From the NCBI GenBank assembly GCA_965226585.1, contig OZ245366.1, forward strand, positions 1,248,001 to 1,312,000: a stretch of DNA of 64,000 bases. The letters are read 5' to 3'. The DNA comes from Thermodesulfobacteriota bacterium. Lineage in GTDB: Bacteria > Desulfobacterota_D > UBA1144 > Nemesobacterales > Mycalebacteriaceae. The notes under the pieces are model-generated. The model was not told the origin of the DNA, did no database searches, and was given only the letters and a program-made list of their open reading frames with translations. This document shows positions 37,972 to 48,754 of this stretch, piece after piece (position 1 is the first letter of the stretch; the number at the start of each line of letters is the position of its first letter). A program made the translations under genes and the position numbers.

Positions 37972-39147
37972 TTACTCGATAATACCCGTGACGACGCCTG
38001 CGCCCACGGTTTTGCCTCCTTCCCTTATGGCGAAGCGGAGTTGTTCCTCCATCGCCACCGGGGCTATAAGTTCAACTTCCACGTTCACACTGTCTCCGGG
38101 CATAACCATCTCCACTCCGTCAGGGAGTTTCACCGAGCCCGTTACGTCCGTTGTCCTCAGGTAAAACTGAGGCCTGTATCCGGGGAAAAACGGCGTGTGC
38201 CTGCCGCCTTCCTCTTTCTTCAAAACATACACTTCCGCGGAAAACTTCTTGTGCGGCGTTATACTTCCCACCGCGCTCAAAACCTGCCCGCGCTCCACAT
38301 TCTCTTTGTCTATGCCTCTGAGAAGCACACCCACATTGTCTCCGGCAACAGCATCGTCAAGTATCTTGCGGAACATCTCAAGGCTCGTGGCCACAGTCTT
38401 GACCGTCTCGCCAAAACCCACTATCTCAACCTCGTCTCCAGCCTCTATCTTGCCCTTCTCCACCCTGCCCGTTACAACAGTCCCGCGTCCCGATATTGTG
38501 AACACATCCTCCACCGCCATAATGAACGGCTTGTCCACCTCTCTCACAGGCTCGGGAATGTAGCTGTCCACGGCGCTCATCAACTCCCGTATCTGCGCCT
38601 CCGCATCCGCATCCCCTTCAAGCGCCTTAAGTGCGCTTACTTTTACTATCGGTATGTCGTCACCGGGAAACTTGTACTCACTCAAAAGCTCCCGTATCTC
38701 TAACTCTACAAGATCAAGCAACTCAGGGTCGTCCAGCATGTCAATCTTGTTCAACGCAACCACTATCGACGGAACACCTACCTGACGCGCAAGCAGTATG
38801 TGCTCCCGCGTCTGGGGCATCGGTCCGTCTGGTGCGCTCACCACAAGTATCGCGCCGTCCATCTGCGCAGCTCCCGTTATCATGTTCTTTACATAGTCCG
38901 CGTGACCGGGACAGTCAACGTGCGCGTAGTGCCGCGTATCCGTCTCATACTCCACGTGAGATATGTTTATCGTTATCCCCCTGTCCTTCTCCTCAGGAGA
39001 CTTGTCTATGTCACCAAACTCTACATACTCTGCCTTGTCCAAAACCTTCGTTATCGCCGCTGTAAGTGTCGTCTTGCCATGGTCCACGTGACCCACTGTC
39101 CCTATGTTTAAATGCGGCTTCCCTCTCTCAAACTTCTCCTTCGACAT
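37972..39147 (-). CDS. tuf: Elongation factor Tu
   Basis: [42 protein letters not shown]. Confidence 0.99.
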   Translation of the reverse strand: MSKEKFERGKPHLNIGTVGHVDHGKTTLTAAITKVLDKAEYVEFGDIDKSPEEKDRGITINISHVEYETDTRHYAHVDCPGHADYVKNMITGAAQMDGAILVVSAPDGPMPQTREHILLARQVGVPSIVVALNKIDMLDDPELLDLVELEIRELLSEYKFPGDDIPIVKVSALKALEGDADAEAQIRELMSAVDSYIPEPVREVDKPFIMAVEDVFTISGRGTVVTGRVEKGKIEAGDEVEIVGFGETVKTVATSLEMFRKILDDAVAGDNVGVLLRGIDKENVERGQVLSAVGSITPHKKFSAEVYVLKKEEGGRHTPFFPGYRPQFYLRTTDVTGSVKLPDGVEMVMPGDSVNVEVELIAPVAMEEQLRFAIREGGKTVGAGVVTGIIE

Positions 39148-39170
39148 ATCTGTATACCTCCTTTCTTGTG

Positions 39171-41255
39171 TCAGCCGTCGCCCGCCGACTGTCTAAGTTC
39201 TTCCGCTATATTCGGCGGAAGAGCCTCGTAACGCGCGAACTCCATTGTGAAGGAACCCCTTCCCTCAGTCATCGACCTCAGCGTTGTAGCATATCCGAAC
39301 ACTTCGCCGAGGGGAACATCTGATTTTACCGCCTGCATTCCGCCGCGCATTTCAGTGCTTACGATTCTTCCCCTTCTGGAGTTCAAATCCCCAATAATTC
39401 CGCCGGTAAAGTCTTCCGGCGCGACAACCTCAAGGCTCATCACCGGCTCAAGAATTGACGGAGACGCTTTCGCAAAACCGTCTTTGAAAGCCATTGACCC
39501 CGCGATTTTGAACGCTATCTCGGAAGAGTCAACCTCGTGGAAAGAGCCGTCATAAAGCGTAACGCGCACGTCAACAACCGGATAGCCGGAAATAACTCCG
39601 GTCTCTATAACCTCTTTCATTCCCTTCTGAACGGCGGGGATGTATTCCCTCGGTATCACTCCGCCTTTTATCTTGTCAATAAACTCAAAACCGCCGCCTC
39701 TCTCAAGCGGCTCCATCTGTATCTTCACGTGCCCGTACTGCCCGCGCCCGCCCGTTTGCCTGATGAATTTGGCTTCAACATCCGAGGAACCCATTATGGT
39801 CTCCCTGTACGCGACCTGCGGCTTTCCAACATTCGCATCCACGCCGAACTCCCTTGAAAGCCTGTCAACAATAACGTCAAGGTGAAGTTCGCCCATTCCC
39901 GATATAACAGTCTGCCCGGTCTCCTCGTCGCTTCTGACCCTGAATGAAGGGTCTTCAAGGGCGAGGCGCGAAAGGGAAACCGCGAGTTTTTCCTGATCGG
40001 GTTTGGATTTCGGCTCAATCGCGATAGATATGACGGGGTCTGAAATATTGAGACTTTCAAGCACTATGGGGTTTGCCTGATCGCAAAGCGTGTCGCCGGT
40101 TATGGAGATTTTAAGCCCAACGGCGGCAACTATTCCGCCCGCCCCTATCTCTTTGATTTCCTCTCTCTTGTTGGCGTGCATTCTCACAAGCCGCCCTATT
40201 TTTTCTTTCTTGCCCTTGGTTGAGTTCAAAACCGTACTGCCGGAAACCATCTTCCCGGAATACACCCTCACGTATGTAAGTTGTCCCACAAAGGGGTCGT
40301 TCATAATCTTAAAAGCCAGCCCTGAAAAAGGAGCCTCCGTGTCTGAGGGTCTTGAATCCTCTTCGCCGTCATCGTTTAACCCCGGTATCGGGGGAAGGTC
40401 AACCGGAGAGGGAAGGTAGTCCACAACGGCGTCAAGAAGAAGCTGAACGCCCTTGTTTTTGAACGCCGAACCGCAGAACACCGGAATTATGTTAAGGGCG
40501 ATGGTCTGCTCTCTCACAACTTTTTTAACGATGGCGGTGTCCACATCTTCGTCGCTCAGGTACGCCTCCATTATGGAGTCGTCAAAATCGGCAATCGCTT
40601 CAAGCAGTTGTTTGCGCCCCGCCGAAAAATCTTCCCGCGACTCTTCGGGGATGTCTTTCTCTTCAAACTTCGCCCCCAGAGATTCTCCGTCCCACACCAC
40701 AAGTTTTTGCGAAACAAGGTCGATTATGCCCTTAAAGTCTTCGCCCTCAAACCAGGGTATGTGCATATAAACGGGGCGGGCGTTCAGCCGCTCCTCAATC
40801 TGTTTGACAACCTTGAAAAAGTCCGCGCCGATTCTGTCCATCTTGTTGACAAAGCACATTCTCGGAACGCCGTAGCGGTCTGCCTGCCGCCAAACGGTTT
40901 CGGTTTGCGGCTCAACTCCGCCAACGCAGTCAAACACAACAACGGCTCCGTCAAGAACTTTGAGCGAACGCTCAACCTCTATCGTGAAATCAACGTGTCC
41001 GGGAGTGTCAACGATGTTTATCCTGTGGTCGTCCCAGAAGCAGGTTGTTGTTGCCGAAGTGATGGTTATTCCGCGCTCCCTTTCCTGGTCCATCCAGTCC
41101 ATCGTGGCGGTTCCTTCGTGAACCTCTCCTATTTTGTAGGTAAGCCCGGTGTAGAAAAGTATGCGTTCGGTGGTTGTGGTTTTACCCGCGTCTATGTGCG
41201 CCACAATCCCTATATTGCGCACCTTGTCCATGGGGACTTTTATTTCTTCTGCCAT
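39171..41255 (-). CDS. fusA: Elongation factor G
   Basis: [47 protein letters not shown]. Confidence 0.99.
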   Translation of the reverse strand: MAEEIKVPMDKVRNIGIVAHIDAGKTTTTERILFYTGLTYKIGEVHEGTATMDWMDQERERGITITSATTTCFWDDHRINIVDTPGHVDFTIEVERSLKVLDGAVVVFDCVGGVEPQTETVWRQADRYGVPRMCFVNKMDRIGADFFKVVKQIEERLNARPVYMHIPWFEGEDFKGIIDLVSQKLVVWDGESLGAKFEEKDIPEESREDFSAGRKQLLEAIADFDDSIMEAYLSDEDVDTAIVKKVVREQTIALNIIPVFCGSAFKNKGVQLLLDAVVDYLPSPVDLPPIPGLNDDGEEDSRPSDTEAPFSGLAFKIMNDPFVGQLTYVRVYSGKMVSGSTVLNSTKGKKEKIGRLVRMHANKREEIKEIGAGGIVAAVGLKISITGDTLCDQANPIVLESLNISDPVISIAIEPKSKPDQEKLAVSLSRLALEDPSFRVRSDEETGQTVISGMGELHLDVIVDRLSREFGVDANVGKPQVAYRETIMGSSDVEAKFIRQTGGRGQYGHVKIQMEPLERGGGFEFIDKIKGGVIPREYIPAVQKGMKEVIETGVISGYPVVDVRVTLYDGSFHEVDSSEIAFKIAGSMAFKDGFAKASPSILEPVMSLEVVAPEDFTGGIIGDLNSRRGRIVSTEMRGGMQAVKSDVPLGEVFGYATTLRSMTEGRGSFTMEFARYEALPPNIAEELRQSAGDG

Positions 41256-41270
41256 CTCTTGTCCCCCTTT

Positions 41271-41744
41271 TTACCATCTGTAGTGGGCGAAGGCGCGGTT
41301 TGCCTCAGCCATTTTGTGAGTGTCTTCCCTCTTTTTGATTGCCGCGCCTTTGTTCTGCGAGGCTTCAAGTAATTCCATTGCGAGTTTTTCGCGCACGCCG
41401 TTTTCCGGTCTTTTGCGCATGGCGTCAAGAAGCCAGCGTATCGCCAGATAGTTTCTTCTGACGGGTTTTACTTCCATCGGCACCTGATAGGTCGCGCCGC
41501 CAACCCTTCTTGAGCGAACTTCAAGAGACGGCTTCACATTGTCCATGGCTTCATAGAACACCTTTACCGGCTCTTTCGTGTTCGCCTTTTCGGCGAGCAG
41601 GTCAAGCATCTCGTAGAACACCTGTTCCGCTTTGCTCTTCTTTCCTTCAAGCATGAGCGAGTTGATGAACTTCGCTATAAAAACGTCCCCGAAACGCGGG
41701 TCGGGCTCAACTCTGAGCCGTGCTGATGAATTTTTTCGTGACAT
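41271..41744 (-). CDS. rpsG: 30S ribosomal protein S7
   Basis: [26 protein letters not shown]. Confidence 0.99.
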   Translation of the reverse strand: MSRKNSSARLRVEPDPRFGDVFIAKFINSLMLEGKKSKAEQVFYEMLDLLAEKANTKEPVKVFYEAMDNVKPSLEVRSRRVGGATYQVPMEVKPVRRNYLAIRWLLDAMRKRPENGVREKLAMELLEASQNKGAAIKKREDTHKMAEANRAFAHYRW

Positions 41745-41755
41745 TTTCTATACTC

Positions 41756-42127
41756 TTATTTGGGTTTTTTGCTTCCGTATTTGGAGCGTCCTCTGCGCCT
41801 GTTTTCAACGCCCGTTGTGTCGAGGGTGCCCCTGACAACGTGGTAGCGGACGCCGGGAAGATCTTTCACTCTGCCGCCTCTCACAAGAACAACGGAGTGT
41901 TCCTGCAAGGTGTGCCCCTCTCCGGGGATGTATGCCGCAACCTCAACGCCGTTTGTAAGGCGAACTCTGGCGACTTTTCTCATTGCGGAATTGGGTTTTT
42001 TCGGGGTCGTTGTGTAGACCCTGACGCACACCCCTCTTTTTTGGGGGTTATTCTGAAGCGCGGGCGAACTGCTTTTGGAAACTGTCCGCTTTCTGCCCTT
42101 TCTTATAAGTTGGTTTGCGCTTGGCAT
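41756..42127 (-). CDS. rpsL: 30S ribosomal protein S12
   Basis: [30 protein letters not shown]. Confidence 0.99.
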   Translation of the reverse strand: MPSANQLIRKGRKRTVSKSSSPALQNNPQKRGVCVRVYTTTPKKPNSAMRKVARVRLTNGVEVAAYIPGEGHTLQEHSVVLVRGGRVKDLPGVRYHVVRGTLDTTGVENRRRGRSKYGSKKPK

Positions 42128-42175
42128 ATCCTCAAATACTCCCGTCTTTATAGCAAAGACAGAGCGGTAGTTTTA

Positions 42176-44452
42176 TCAGGTGGCGGGCGTGTTGTCAAGC
42201 AGTTCGGGGGCTGCGCTTAAAATACCTTTTATCTCGCGGGCAACCTTTTCAGACGGGGCGCGAACCGTTCTGCACTTCGGCACGGATTCAACAAACCGTT
42301 TTCCGTATCCTTTGCTCACTATTCTGCTGTCCAGAACCGCCACCGCGCCCTTGTCTGTGGCGGCGCGTATCAGTCTTCCGAACCCCTGGCGGAAGCCCAC
42401 AACCGCCATCGGAACGGCGTAGCGCGAGAAAGCATCTCCGCCCGCCGCCGTGATTGCCTCCATTCTCGCCTGAAAAACCGGCTCGTCCGGCACTCTGAAC
42501 GGCAGGCGCGTTATCACAACGAGGCGCAGGGCGTTTCCCGCGATATCAACGCCCTCTCTGAAGCTGTCTGTCGCGAAAAGGGCGGAGTTTTCGTCAGACT
42601 TGAAACCGGCAAGCAGTTTTTCTCTCGGCAGGTCGCCCTGAGTGAGAACCTTCACGCCCTTTTCCGCAAGGCGCGGGGAAAGAGCGGAACTCACCTTCCT
42701 CAGCATCTGATAAGAGTTGAACAGAACAAGCGCGCCGCCGCCCGCCGCCGTTACGCAGTCAAAAACCGCTTCGGTCAGTTTTTCCGTATGGTTTTCCCGC
42801 GAGGGTTCCGGCACATCGGTTGCGAGGGCGAGAAGGGCTTGATCTTCATAGCGGAACGGAGACGGCACGGCGAGTTCGCTCAGGCGGTGATTTTCCGTAA
42901 GACCCAGCGAGCGTTTTTGAAAATCAAACCCGCCTTCCGCCGTCAGTGTGGCGGAGGTCATTATCACGGTTCCGTATTTGGCGTAAATCTTTTTCAACTG
43001 CGCGGCAATGTCTATCGGCGAAAGGGAGACGGCGGTAAAAACCTTTTTGCCTCTGCGCCGTATCTCAACGCTTTTCACAAACTCTTCAAACGATTCCGCT
43101 CCGGCAAAAAGCCCGGCGACATCGGCAAGGCGCACAAGTCCGTTAAGAGCCGCCTTGAGTTCCGAAACCAGAGCCGCGTCATCCGCGCCCACATCGGCAA
43201 GAGTGGCGGCGGCGTCTTTCACGGCAGACGCAAGCCCCAGAGCAGACGCTCTGATTTGGGCGCACGGCTCCACGCATTCGTAAAAGTTTCCGCCTTGTTC
43301 AAGGTCGGTTTTCGTAACGCGCATATTTTGCGCCCCCGTGTTTGCGGCGCGGGAGGGCAAAACGCATGAGCCGAGAGACTCAAAGAAAATTTCAGAAGCC
43401 GTCATCAGCGCGTCAATTCTGGGCATAAAAACCCTCTGCATTCCCGAAAGAGCTTTGAACACCTTTGTGTTTGCGGATGCGGAGTCCGCTCTTTTCATTT
43501 TCCGCGCGGCTTTTTCCGAACGCGCCACCACCTTTCTCAGCCGTCCGAGAGTTTTCGCGACTGCGGCGGTGGACGCTCTCATGGAGAAATGCGAAGTGGC
43601 GGAATCCACAACGTTGTGGGCTTCGTCAATAACAAGCCGTCTGTTTTGAGGCAGAACCCCCGCGTCTTCTCTGCCCGATGACTCTTTAATGGCGATGTCT
43701 GAAAAAAGCAGGTGGTGGTTGACAACTATAATGTCTGACTCCGCCACTTTCCGCCGCGCTTTGAAAAAGAAACATTCTTTATAGTGCGGGCATTCCCTTT
43801 TCACGCAACTTTCGCTTTCTGCGGCAAATTTGTCCCACACTTCGCCTGACGGCTCAAACCCCAGGTCTGACACTGAGCCGGCGGAAGTTTTTCCCGCCCA
43901 TTCAACTATTGCGCGCTCTTCGCTCATCTCCGGGTCGGGATTTTCAGCGTTTTCGTCTTCAAACAGAGTCCGCAATTCGTCTCGTTCGGAGTCTGCGCGC
44001 AAGAGGCACAGGTAGTTTCTCATTCCCTTCACAAGCGAGTATCTGATGTCTTCGCCGAGGATGTTTTTTAGCATTGGCATATCTTTGTTGATTATCTGGT
44101 CTTGCAGGTTGATTGTGTTTGTGGATATGACGATTCTTTCTTTGTTGAGCAAAGCCCAGCGCGCGGCGGGCACGAGGTATGAGAGGGTTTTTCCGGTTCC
44201 CGTCGGGGCTTCGAGCAGTGATATTGAGTCTCCGTTAAACGCGGCGGTGATTTCCCTTGTAACGGACTGTTGTTCTTTTCTGAATTCGTATCCCTCGCCG
44301 AATGTGGTTTCCACTCTGCCGCCGGGCAGGAAGTAGGAGGCGATTTCCTCAGGGTTCATAAACTTGCGTTCCCCTTCAATCACGGCGTCGGGTGTAAAGA
44401 CTTCCGGCGCAATGTCGGGAAGGTCGTTTGTTTTTTCCGGTTTGTCGCTCAT
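42176..44452 (-). CDS. DinG/YoaA-family SF2 helicase with Fe-S cysteines
   Basis: EAPTGTGKT, STNTINLQDQ, KG..NYLC, C....CPHY..C, DEAH, TSATL, EGVD, QGFGRLIR. Confidence 0.93.
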   Translation of the reverse strand: MSDKPEKTNDLPDIAPEVFTPDAVIEGERKFMNPEEIASYFLPGGRVETTFGEGYEFRKEQQSVTREITAAFNGDSISLLEAPTGTGKTLSYLVPAARWALLNKERIVISTNTINLQDQIINKDMPMLKNILGEDIRYSLVKGMRNYLCLLRADSERDELRTLFEDENAENPDPEMSEERAIVEWAGKTSAGSVSDLGFEPSGEVWDKFAAESESCVKRECPHYKECFFFKARRKVAESDIIVVNHHLLFSDIAIKESSGREDAGVLPQNRRLVIDEAHNVVDSATSHFSMRASTAAVAKTLGRLRKVVARSEKAARKMKRADSASANTKVFKALSGMQRVFMPRIDALMTASEIFFESLGSCVLPSRAANTGAQNMRVTKTDLEQGGNFYECVEPCAQIRASALGLASAVKDAAATLADVGADDAALVSELKAALNGLVRLADVAGLFAGAESFEEFVKSVEIRRRGKKVFTAVSLSPIDIAAQLKKIYAKYGTVIMTSATLTAEGGFDFQKRSLGLTENHRLSELAVPSPFRYEDQALLALATDVPEPSRENHTEKLTEAVFDCVTAAGGGALVLFNSYQMLRKVSSALSPRLAEKGVKVLTQGDLPREKLLAGFKSDENSALFATDSFREGVDIAGNALRLVVITRLPFRVPDEPVFQARMEAITAAGGDAFSRYAVPMAVVGFRQGFGRLIRAATDKGAVAVLDSRIVSKGYGKRFVESVPKCRTVRAPSEKVAREIKGILSAAPELLDNTPAT

Positions 44453-44514
44453 ATCGCGGGGTTTAAGTTAACAGCAATTTGCCCGCAGTGCTTGCGGGGT
44501 GTAACTTAACCGCC

Positions 44515-44604
44515 GGAGGGATGGCCGAGTGGTCGAAGGCGCTGGTTTCGAAAACCAGTAGAGTCTCACGGCTCTCAGGGGTTCGAATCCCCTTCCCTCC
44601 GCCA
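44515..44604 (+). tRNA. tRNA-Ser(CGA), long variable arm, CCA encoded
   Basis: GGAGGGA acceptor pairs with TCCCTCC, then G-CCA; anticodon stem CTGGT-TTCGAAA-ACCAG; T-loop GGTTCGAATCC. Confidence 0.96.
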
Positions 44605-44679
44605 AAAGACTGTGGCATACTTGCAGGAAAGAATAACGCTTTTTTTGATAATAAAGAGGTTTTGGAGAAGCGGAAATCC

Positions 44680-45876
44680 ATGAGAGTTGCTAAGAAAAGG
44701 CAGTACCGAATTACTAGCGTGTCCCAAGCAAAAGAGGTCTCTAGGAATTTTCTCAAGAATCTCGACCTACATAATGCTGTGGTCTTTGGGTTGCCAGAGA
44801 TTGATGACCGCTATCATATTTGGCGGGTTCCCCTGCTTGGTAAAGAGAAGGAATCCATCGGAGAAATTGTTATAGACGCTATTACCACTTTGGTCAACGA
44901 GAAGAAAACCACAGACAAGGAAGTACTTGAATCAAGACTTCTTGGTAGAAAGAAGTTAAAGAGTCTACAAATAAAACAGCAACCTTGTGCAAGAGGAAAA
45001 TCGACTCCAAAACTTTCCACTTTGAGGAACACTATAGGGCTTGGCGATAGTGAAGAACTTTTGTCTGAGACACCAAACGAGTCTGTGGATTTAGTTTTCA
45101 CCTCACCTCCATATTACAATTCAAGACCTGAATACTCAGAGTACCTAACCTATGAAGGTTATCTATTAAAAATTCAGAAAATCATACACCAATGCCATCG
45201 CGTCATGAATGAGGGACGATTTTTCGTTATGAACGTATCACCCATACTGATTAGACGACCAAGCAGGAACCAATCATCTAAACGCATCGCTGTACCATTT
45301 GATTTTCATCGCCTTTTTATTGAAGAAGGATTTGAATTTATTGATGACATACACTGGGTAAAACCCGAAGGGGCCGGTTGGGCAACAGGTAGGGGGAGAA
45401 GGTTCGCAGCTGACAGGAATCCACTACAATACAAACCGGTTCCAGTAACTGAATACTTGCTAGTTTATCGCAAAAAGACTGACAAACTGATTGATTGGCA
45501 CATTCGCAATCATCCTAATCGAAAACTAGTCAAGCAATCAAAAATCAAAGATGGATATGAAAAAACTAATATTTGGAAAATTCATCCTGCTCACCATTCA
45601 AAACATCCAGCTGTTTTCCCCTACGAACTTGCAGAGAAGGTGATTAGTTACTATTCATTCAAAAGCGATGTTATTCTTGACCCCTTCGCCGGAACAGGGA
45701 CAGTAGGACAAGCAGCTATAAACCTTGAGCGCAGATTCATACTTTTTGAACAAGAAAACGAATATATGGAAGTCATGAAAGAAAAAATACAAAAATTAAT
45801 GAAAAACAAGATGGATGAGATTAATTGGATAAATACACAGCCTAGCAAACCTCACAATTACCCTCTGGATTTTTAA
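44680..45876 (+). CDS. Beta-class N4-cytosine DNA methyltransferase of a type II RM system
   Basis: Motif IV FTSPPYY precedes motif [17 protein letters not shown]; start placed at ATG 44680, after the tRNA. Confidence 0.9.
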   Translation: MRVAKKRQYRITSVSQAKEVSRNFLKNLDLHNAVVFGLPEIDDRYHIWRVPLLGKEKESIGEIVIDAITTLVNEKKTTDKEVLESRLLGRKKLKSLQIKQQPCARGKSTPKLSTLRNTIGLGDSEELLSETPNESVDLVFTSPPYYNSRPEYSEYLTYEGYLLKIQKIIHQCHRVMNEGRFFVMNVSPILIRRPSRNQSSKRIAVPFDFHRLFIEEGFEFIDDIHWVKPEGAGWATGRGRRFAADRNPLQYKPVPVTEYLLVYRKKTDKLIDWHIRNHPNRKLVKQSKIKDGYEKTNIWKIHPAHHSKHPAVFPYELAEKVISYYSFKSDVILDPFAGTGTVGQAAINLERRFILFEQENEYMEVMKEKIQKLMKNKMDEINWINTQPSKPHNYPLDF

Positions 45877-45877
45877 G

Positions 45878-46975
45878 TTGCCTAAAAAGAAACAATCCGA
45901 AGCACGACTCGCCCAAAACATACCATCTGTAGGTTTGAATTTAGCGAAATATACCAGTGGACAACTAATTGAAAGATTAGGAGAGGACATAATAAGGCAA
46001 GTTGTTACTTCCATACTCTGTGGAGGAAATGTCCGCTCCCTAACTGAGGGGCTGACCCAGAGACGAGTGGCACTTTCAAATGCCTCTATGTTTGTTGCAT
46101 TTTTGCAGGCATCAAAAAATGTTTCAAAGTTTCCAGAGAACCTCACAAAAATTGTCAGCAAAGAAATAAACACAGCAAATCTTTCCCGCGAAGAAACAAT
46201 ATTCCTTAATTGGTTTGTTGGGTTAACGGGAAAAAGCATTCAAAACGTTTTAAGAAGTGACCGCAAACAACTGGCCACATACTTAGAGGAACTTGACAAG
46301 TCACTACATAAGTCCATTCAACAATCTCAGAAAGAATTTGGAGATCTCTCCGGCATTATCAATCTCAACAAAGACGAATACCCCGTAAGTTGGAATTCAA
46401 TTCTACATTTGTTTCTTGCCATCGGAGCTCAAACGCTTTCCATAAGAGGGTCTGAAAAATCCATGTACGGAAAATTGTTTGAGAAACTCATACTTGGTTC
46501 ACTTCTTACAATTCTTGGTTTTGAAAAAATTGATAGTACCAAATCTAACAAATCCAAAAAAGTGTTCTGGCTTTCGCAACGGGAGGAAAAAAGAGAAAGT
46601 GATGCGACACTACTTCTGAATCCGGGAACAGGCATCAGATTTGATATCGGCTTCATAGGTCCGGGCAATACTGAAATCTCCCTTGACAAGGTTTCCCGTT
46701 TTGAAAAGGAAATGGAACACGGGAAGAAACTTCATTTTATGTCAACCATCATCCTAGTTGACAGAATTGGAGAAGGTAGCAACATCACCCACCTTGCAAA
46801 GGAAATTGAGGGAGATATTGTACAAATGAGCATGGCATACTGGGTTAAGCAAGTGTGTGAAATACTAAAATCAAAAACAGACTTTAAACACCCTCTAACA
46901 AAAATTAGTGACGAGAAAAGCATACGCTACATAGAGGATGCAATGAAAAACATGGATTTAAAATCCTTTATTTAA
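45878..46975 (+). CDS. Type II restriction endonuclease, CfrBI-family-like
   Basis: Directly follows the MTase. IRGSEKSMYGKLFEKL, RESDATL and RFDIGFIG.GN.EISLDKVSRF resemble CfrBI-family enzymes from memory; not searched. Confidence 0.75.
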   Translation: MPKKKQSEARLAQNIPSVGLNLAKYTSGQLIERLGEDIIRQVVTSILCGGNVRSLTEGLTQRRVALSNASMFVAFLQASKNVSKFPENLTKIVSKEINTANLSREETIFLNWFVGLTGKSIQNVLRSDRKQLATYLEELDKSLHKSIQQSQKEFGDLSGIINLNKDEYPVSWNSILHLFLAIGAQTLSIRGSEKSMYGKLFEKLILGSLLTILGFEKIDSTKSNKSKKVFWLSQREEKRESDATLLLNPGTGIRFDIGFIGPGNTEISLDKVSRFEKEMEHGKKLHFMSTIILVDRIGEGSNITHLAKEIEGDIVQMSMAYWVKQVCEILKSKTDFKHPLTKISDEKSIRYIEDAMKNMDLKSFI

Positions 46976-47051
46976 GTCTATCCCTAAATATCGGAATTGA
47001 ATTCTCTTCGCTTACTTAAAGATAGTCCTCTACCGAGCCTGTGAAATCCTT

Positions 47052-47186
47052 CTACTTGTCCGAATATTCACCTTCCGCAATTTCCCGCTCAATAGATTCA
47101 CCTACAAACTGATTGAGTGATATGCCCCTTGCGGCTGCCATCTCGCTCGCCCTGCGGTGAATATCCGGGAAAACGCGGATATTGAA
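47052..47186 (-). pseudogene. Start-less duplicate of the hicB C-terminal (ribbon-helix-helix) segment
   Basis: Reads FNIRVFPDIHRRASEMAAARGISLNQFVGESIEREIAEGEYSDK*; in-frame TGA just upstream and no start codon; 47071-47186 matches 48342-48457. Confidence 0.8.
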
Positions 47187-47237
47187 CCAAGAACAACCAT
47201 TTTCGCGGACTCACGAAAATGGTCTGAACAACTTGTA

Positions 47238-48302
47238 TTACTCATCTTCACCACCGCCGCGCTTCTTTCCCCCCGCCTTCTCAATCTCCTTCACTTCTTT
47301 ATCAAAATCAGACTCAAACTTCCGGTCTTGAATAACCCGATATTTCTCAAACTCGCTTTTAGCATGTTCTTTGGCATTTGCCGCGCTTATCGCTCCGGCG
47401 TCTGGCAAAATATCGCGTTCGTTCAATTTCAGAAACCCATCAAGACGTTTCGCCCAATCTTCCATTGTCATCGGGATTTTTCTTTCCGCCATATCCTCGG
47501 CAAGGTCAAGATACGAGTTGACAGTCCGCCCCAGTGATTTCATCTCATCCTTTGTCAGATAGTTCTTAGCCACTACAACGTCAGTTTTGAGAATTTTACC
47601 TTCGGGACCTCCCTCCCAACTCGTCAGCCCCATATTGGACTTCCCGCTGTCCGCCCGTTTGCTAATCAACTCCGGCGCGGTGTTGCCGTGAATGGCGTAA
47701 TGCAACTTGTTCTGAACTTTGGCGAAAAACTCCCGTGTAGTCGGCGCGTCCCGGTTGTAATCCACGCTTGTGGCGTAAATATCGGTAACTTTCTGATAGA
47801 AACGCCGCTCACTCAGGCGAATCTCCCTGATTTCCTCTAACAGTTGCTCAAAATAGTCGTTGCCGAGAAATGCGCCGTTCTCAAGACGCTTCGTGTCCAT
47901 CACATAGCCCTTGATGGCAAACTCACGCAAAACACTTGTTGCCCACTGGCGAAACTGAGTTGCGCGCCGGGAATTGACGCGGTAGCCGACCGCAATGATG
48001 GCATCCAGATGGTAGAACTTGACGGTGCGTCGTACCTCTCTATTGCCCTCTTTTTGAACTACCGAGAAATCCTCGGCAGTTGCTTTTTCCTGCAATTCCT
48101 CCTCCGCATAGATGTTTTTCAGGTGCAGGCTAATGTTGTCACTGGAAGTGCCAAACAGTTCCGCCATCAGTTTCTGCGTAAGCCAGATGGTTTCATCCTG
48201 ATAGCGCACCTCAATCCCACCTTCTCCGGCTTGCCCGGTAAAAATGAGAAACTCCGCTGTGCTGTTGCGGATAGTCAAACTCTTGGAACGCCCTTTGCTC
48301 AC
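47238..48302 (-). CDS. rhuM: RhuM-family DNA-binding protein
   Basis: IRNSTAEFLIF, ETIWLTQKLMAELF, LDAIIAVGYRVNS.RATQFRQWAT, IREIRLSERRFYQKVTDIYA, VAKNYL. Confidence 0.88.
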   Translation of the reverse strand: MSKGRSKSLTIRNSTAEFLIFTGQAGEGGIEVRYQDETIWLTQKLMAELFGTSSDNISLHLKNIYAEEELQEKATAEDFSVVQKEGNREVRRTVKFYHLDAIIAVGYRVNSRRATQFRQWATSVLREFAIKGYVMDTKRLENGAFLGNDYFEQLLEEIREIRLSERRFYQKVTDIYATSVDYNRDAPTTREFFAKVQNKLHYAIHGNTAPELISKRADSGKSNMGLTSWEGGPEGKILKTDVVVAKNYLTKDEMKSLGRTVNSYLDLAEDMAERKIPMTMEDWAKRLDGFLKLNERDILPDAGAISAANAKEHAKSEFEKYRVIQDRKFESDFDKEVKEIEKAGGKKRGGGEDE

Positions 48303-48337
48303 CGCTCTATCCCCTTAAGCAACTTATCCATCTCGCC

Positions 48338-48676
48338 CTAGCCTTCCGCAAGTTCCCTCTCAATGGCTTCACCCACAAACTGATTGAGTGATATGCCCCT
48401 TGCGGCTGCCATCTCGCTCGCCCTGCGGTGAGTGTCCGGGGAAACACGGATATTGAAAGAGCCCTTGTATTGCTTGAATACCGGAATTGAATTCTCCTTG
48501 CATGTTTCAAGGTAGAGATCTATCGCGTCTCTAAAATCTTTTTTGAGTTCCTTGACTGACCTGCCCTCAAAAGAGACAGAGCCGGAAATACTCAGCACAA
48601 CACCAAAGAAAACATCATCCTCTTCGCTGTATTGAACCTTCGCCACAAAATCTTTGTATCTCATTACACTTGCCAT
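48338..48676 (-). CDS. hicB: HicB-family antitoxin with no adjacent hicA
   Basis: M.YK.F...V.YS..D..FFG.V, SFEG.SV.EL...F..A.D.YL, YKGSFNIRV.P..H......A...G.SLN. Confidence 0.88.
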   Translation of the reverse strand: MASVMRYKDFVAKVQYSEEDDVFFGVVLSISGSVSFEGRSVKELKKDFRDAIDLYLETCKENSIPVFKQYKGSFNIRVSPDTHRRASEMAAARGISLNQFVGEAIERELAEG

Positions 48677-48754
48677 AATAAAACCCTCTTCGGCAAGATT
48701 CTAACTTATAAAAAATGAATAGCAACTAAAAAACAGTCGCAAAAAGAAAATTCT

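Noticed and set aside
23000..42200. Many antisense ORFs over ribosomal and other housekeeping genes (e.g. 40608-41372, 36469-37197)
   Set aside because: Shadow frames of well-conserved genes with no recognisable motifs.
44479..44679. Long MTase start and ORF 44463-44756 spanning tRNA-Ser (likewise ORF 55047-55616 over tRNA-Phe)
   Set aside because: These are read-throughs of tRNA sequence, not plausible protein.
44580..48754. Prophage or ICE with attR duplicating the tRNA-Ser 3' end
   Set aside because: No second copy of the tRNA 3' end, no integrase, and no phage or conjugation genes were seen.
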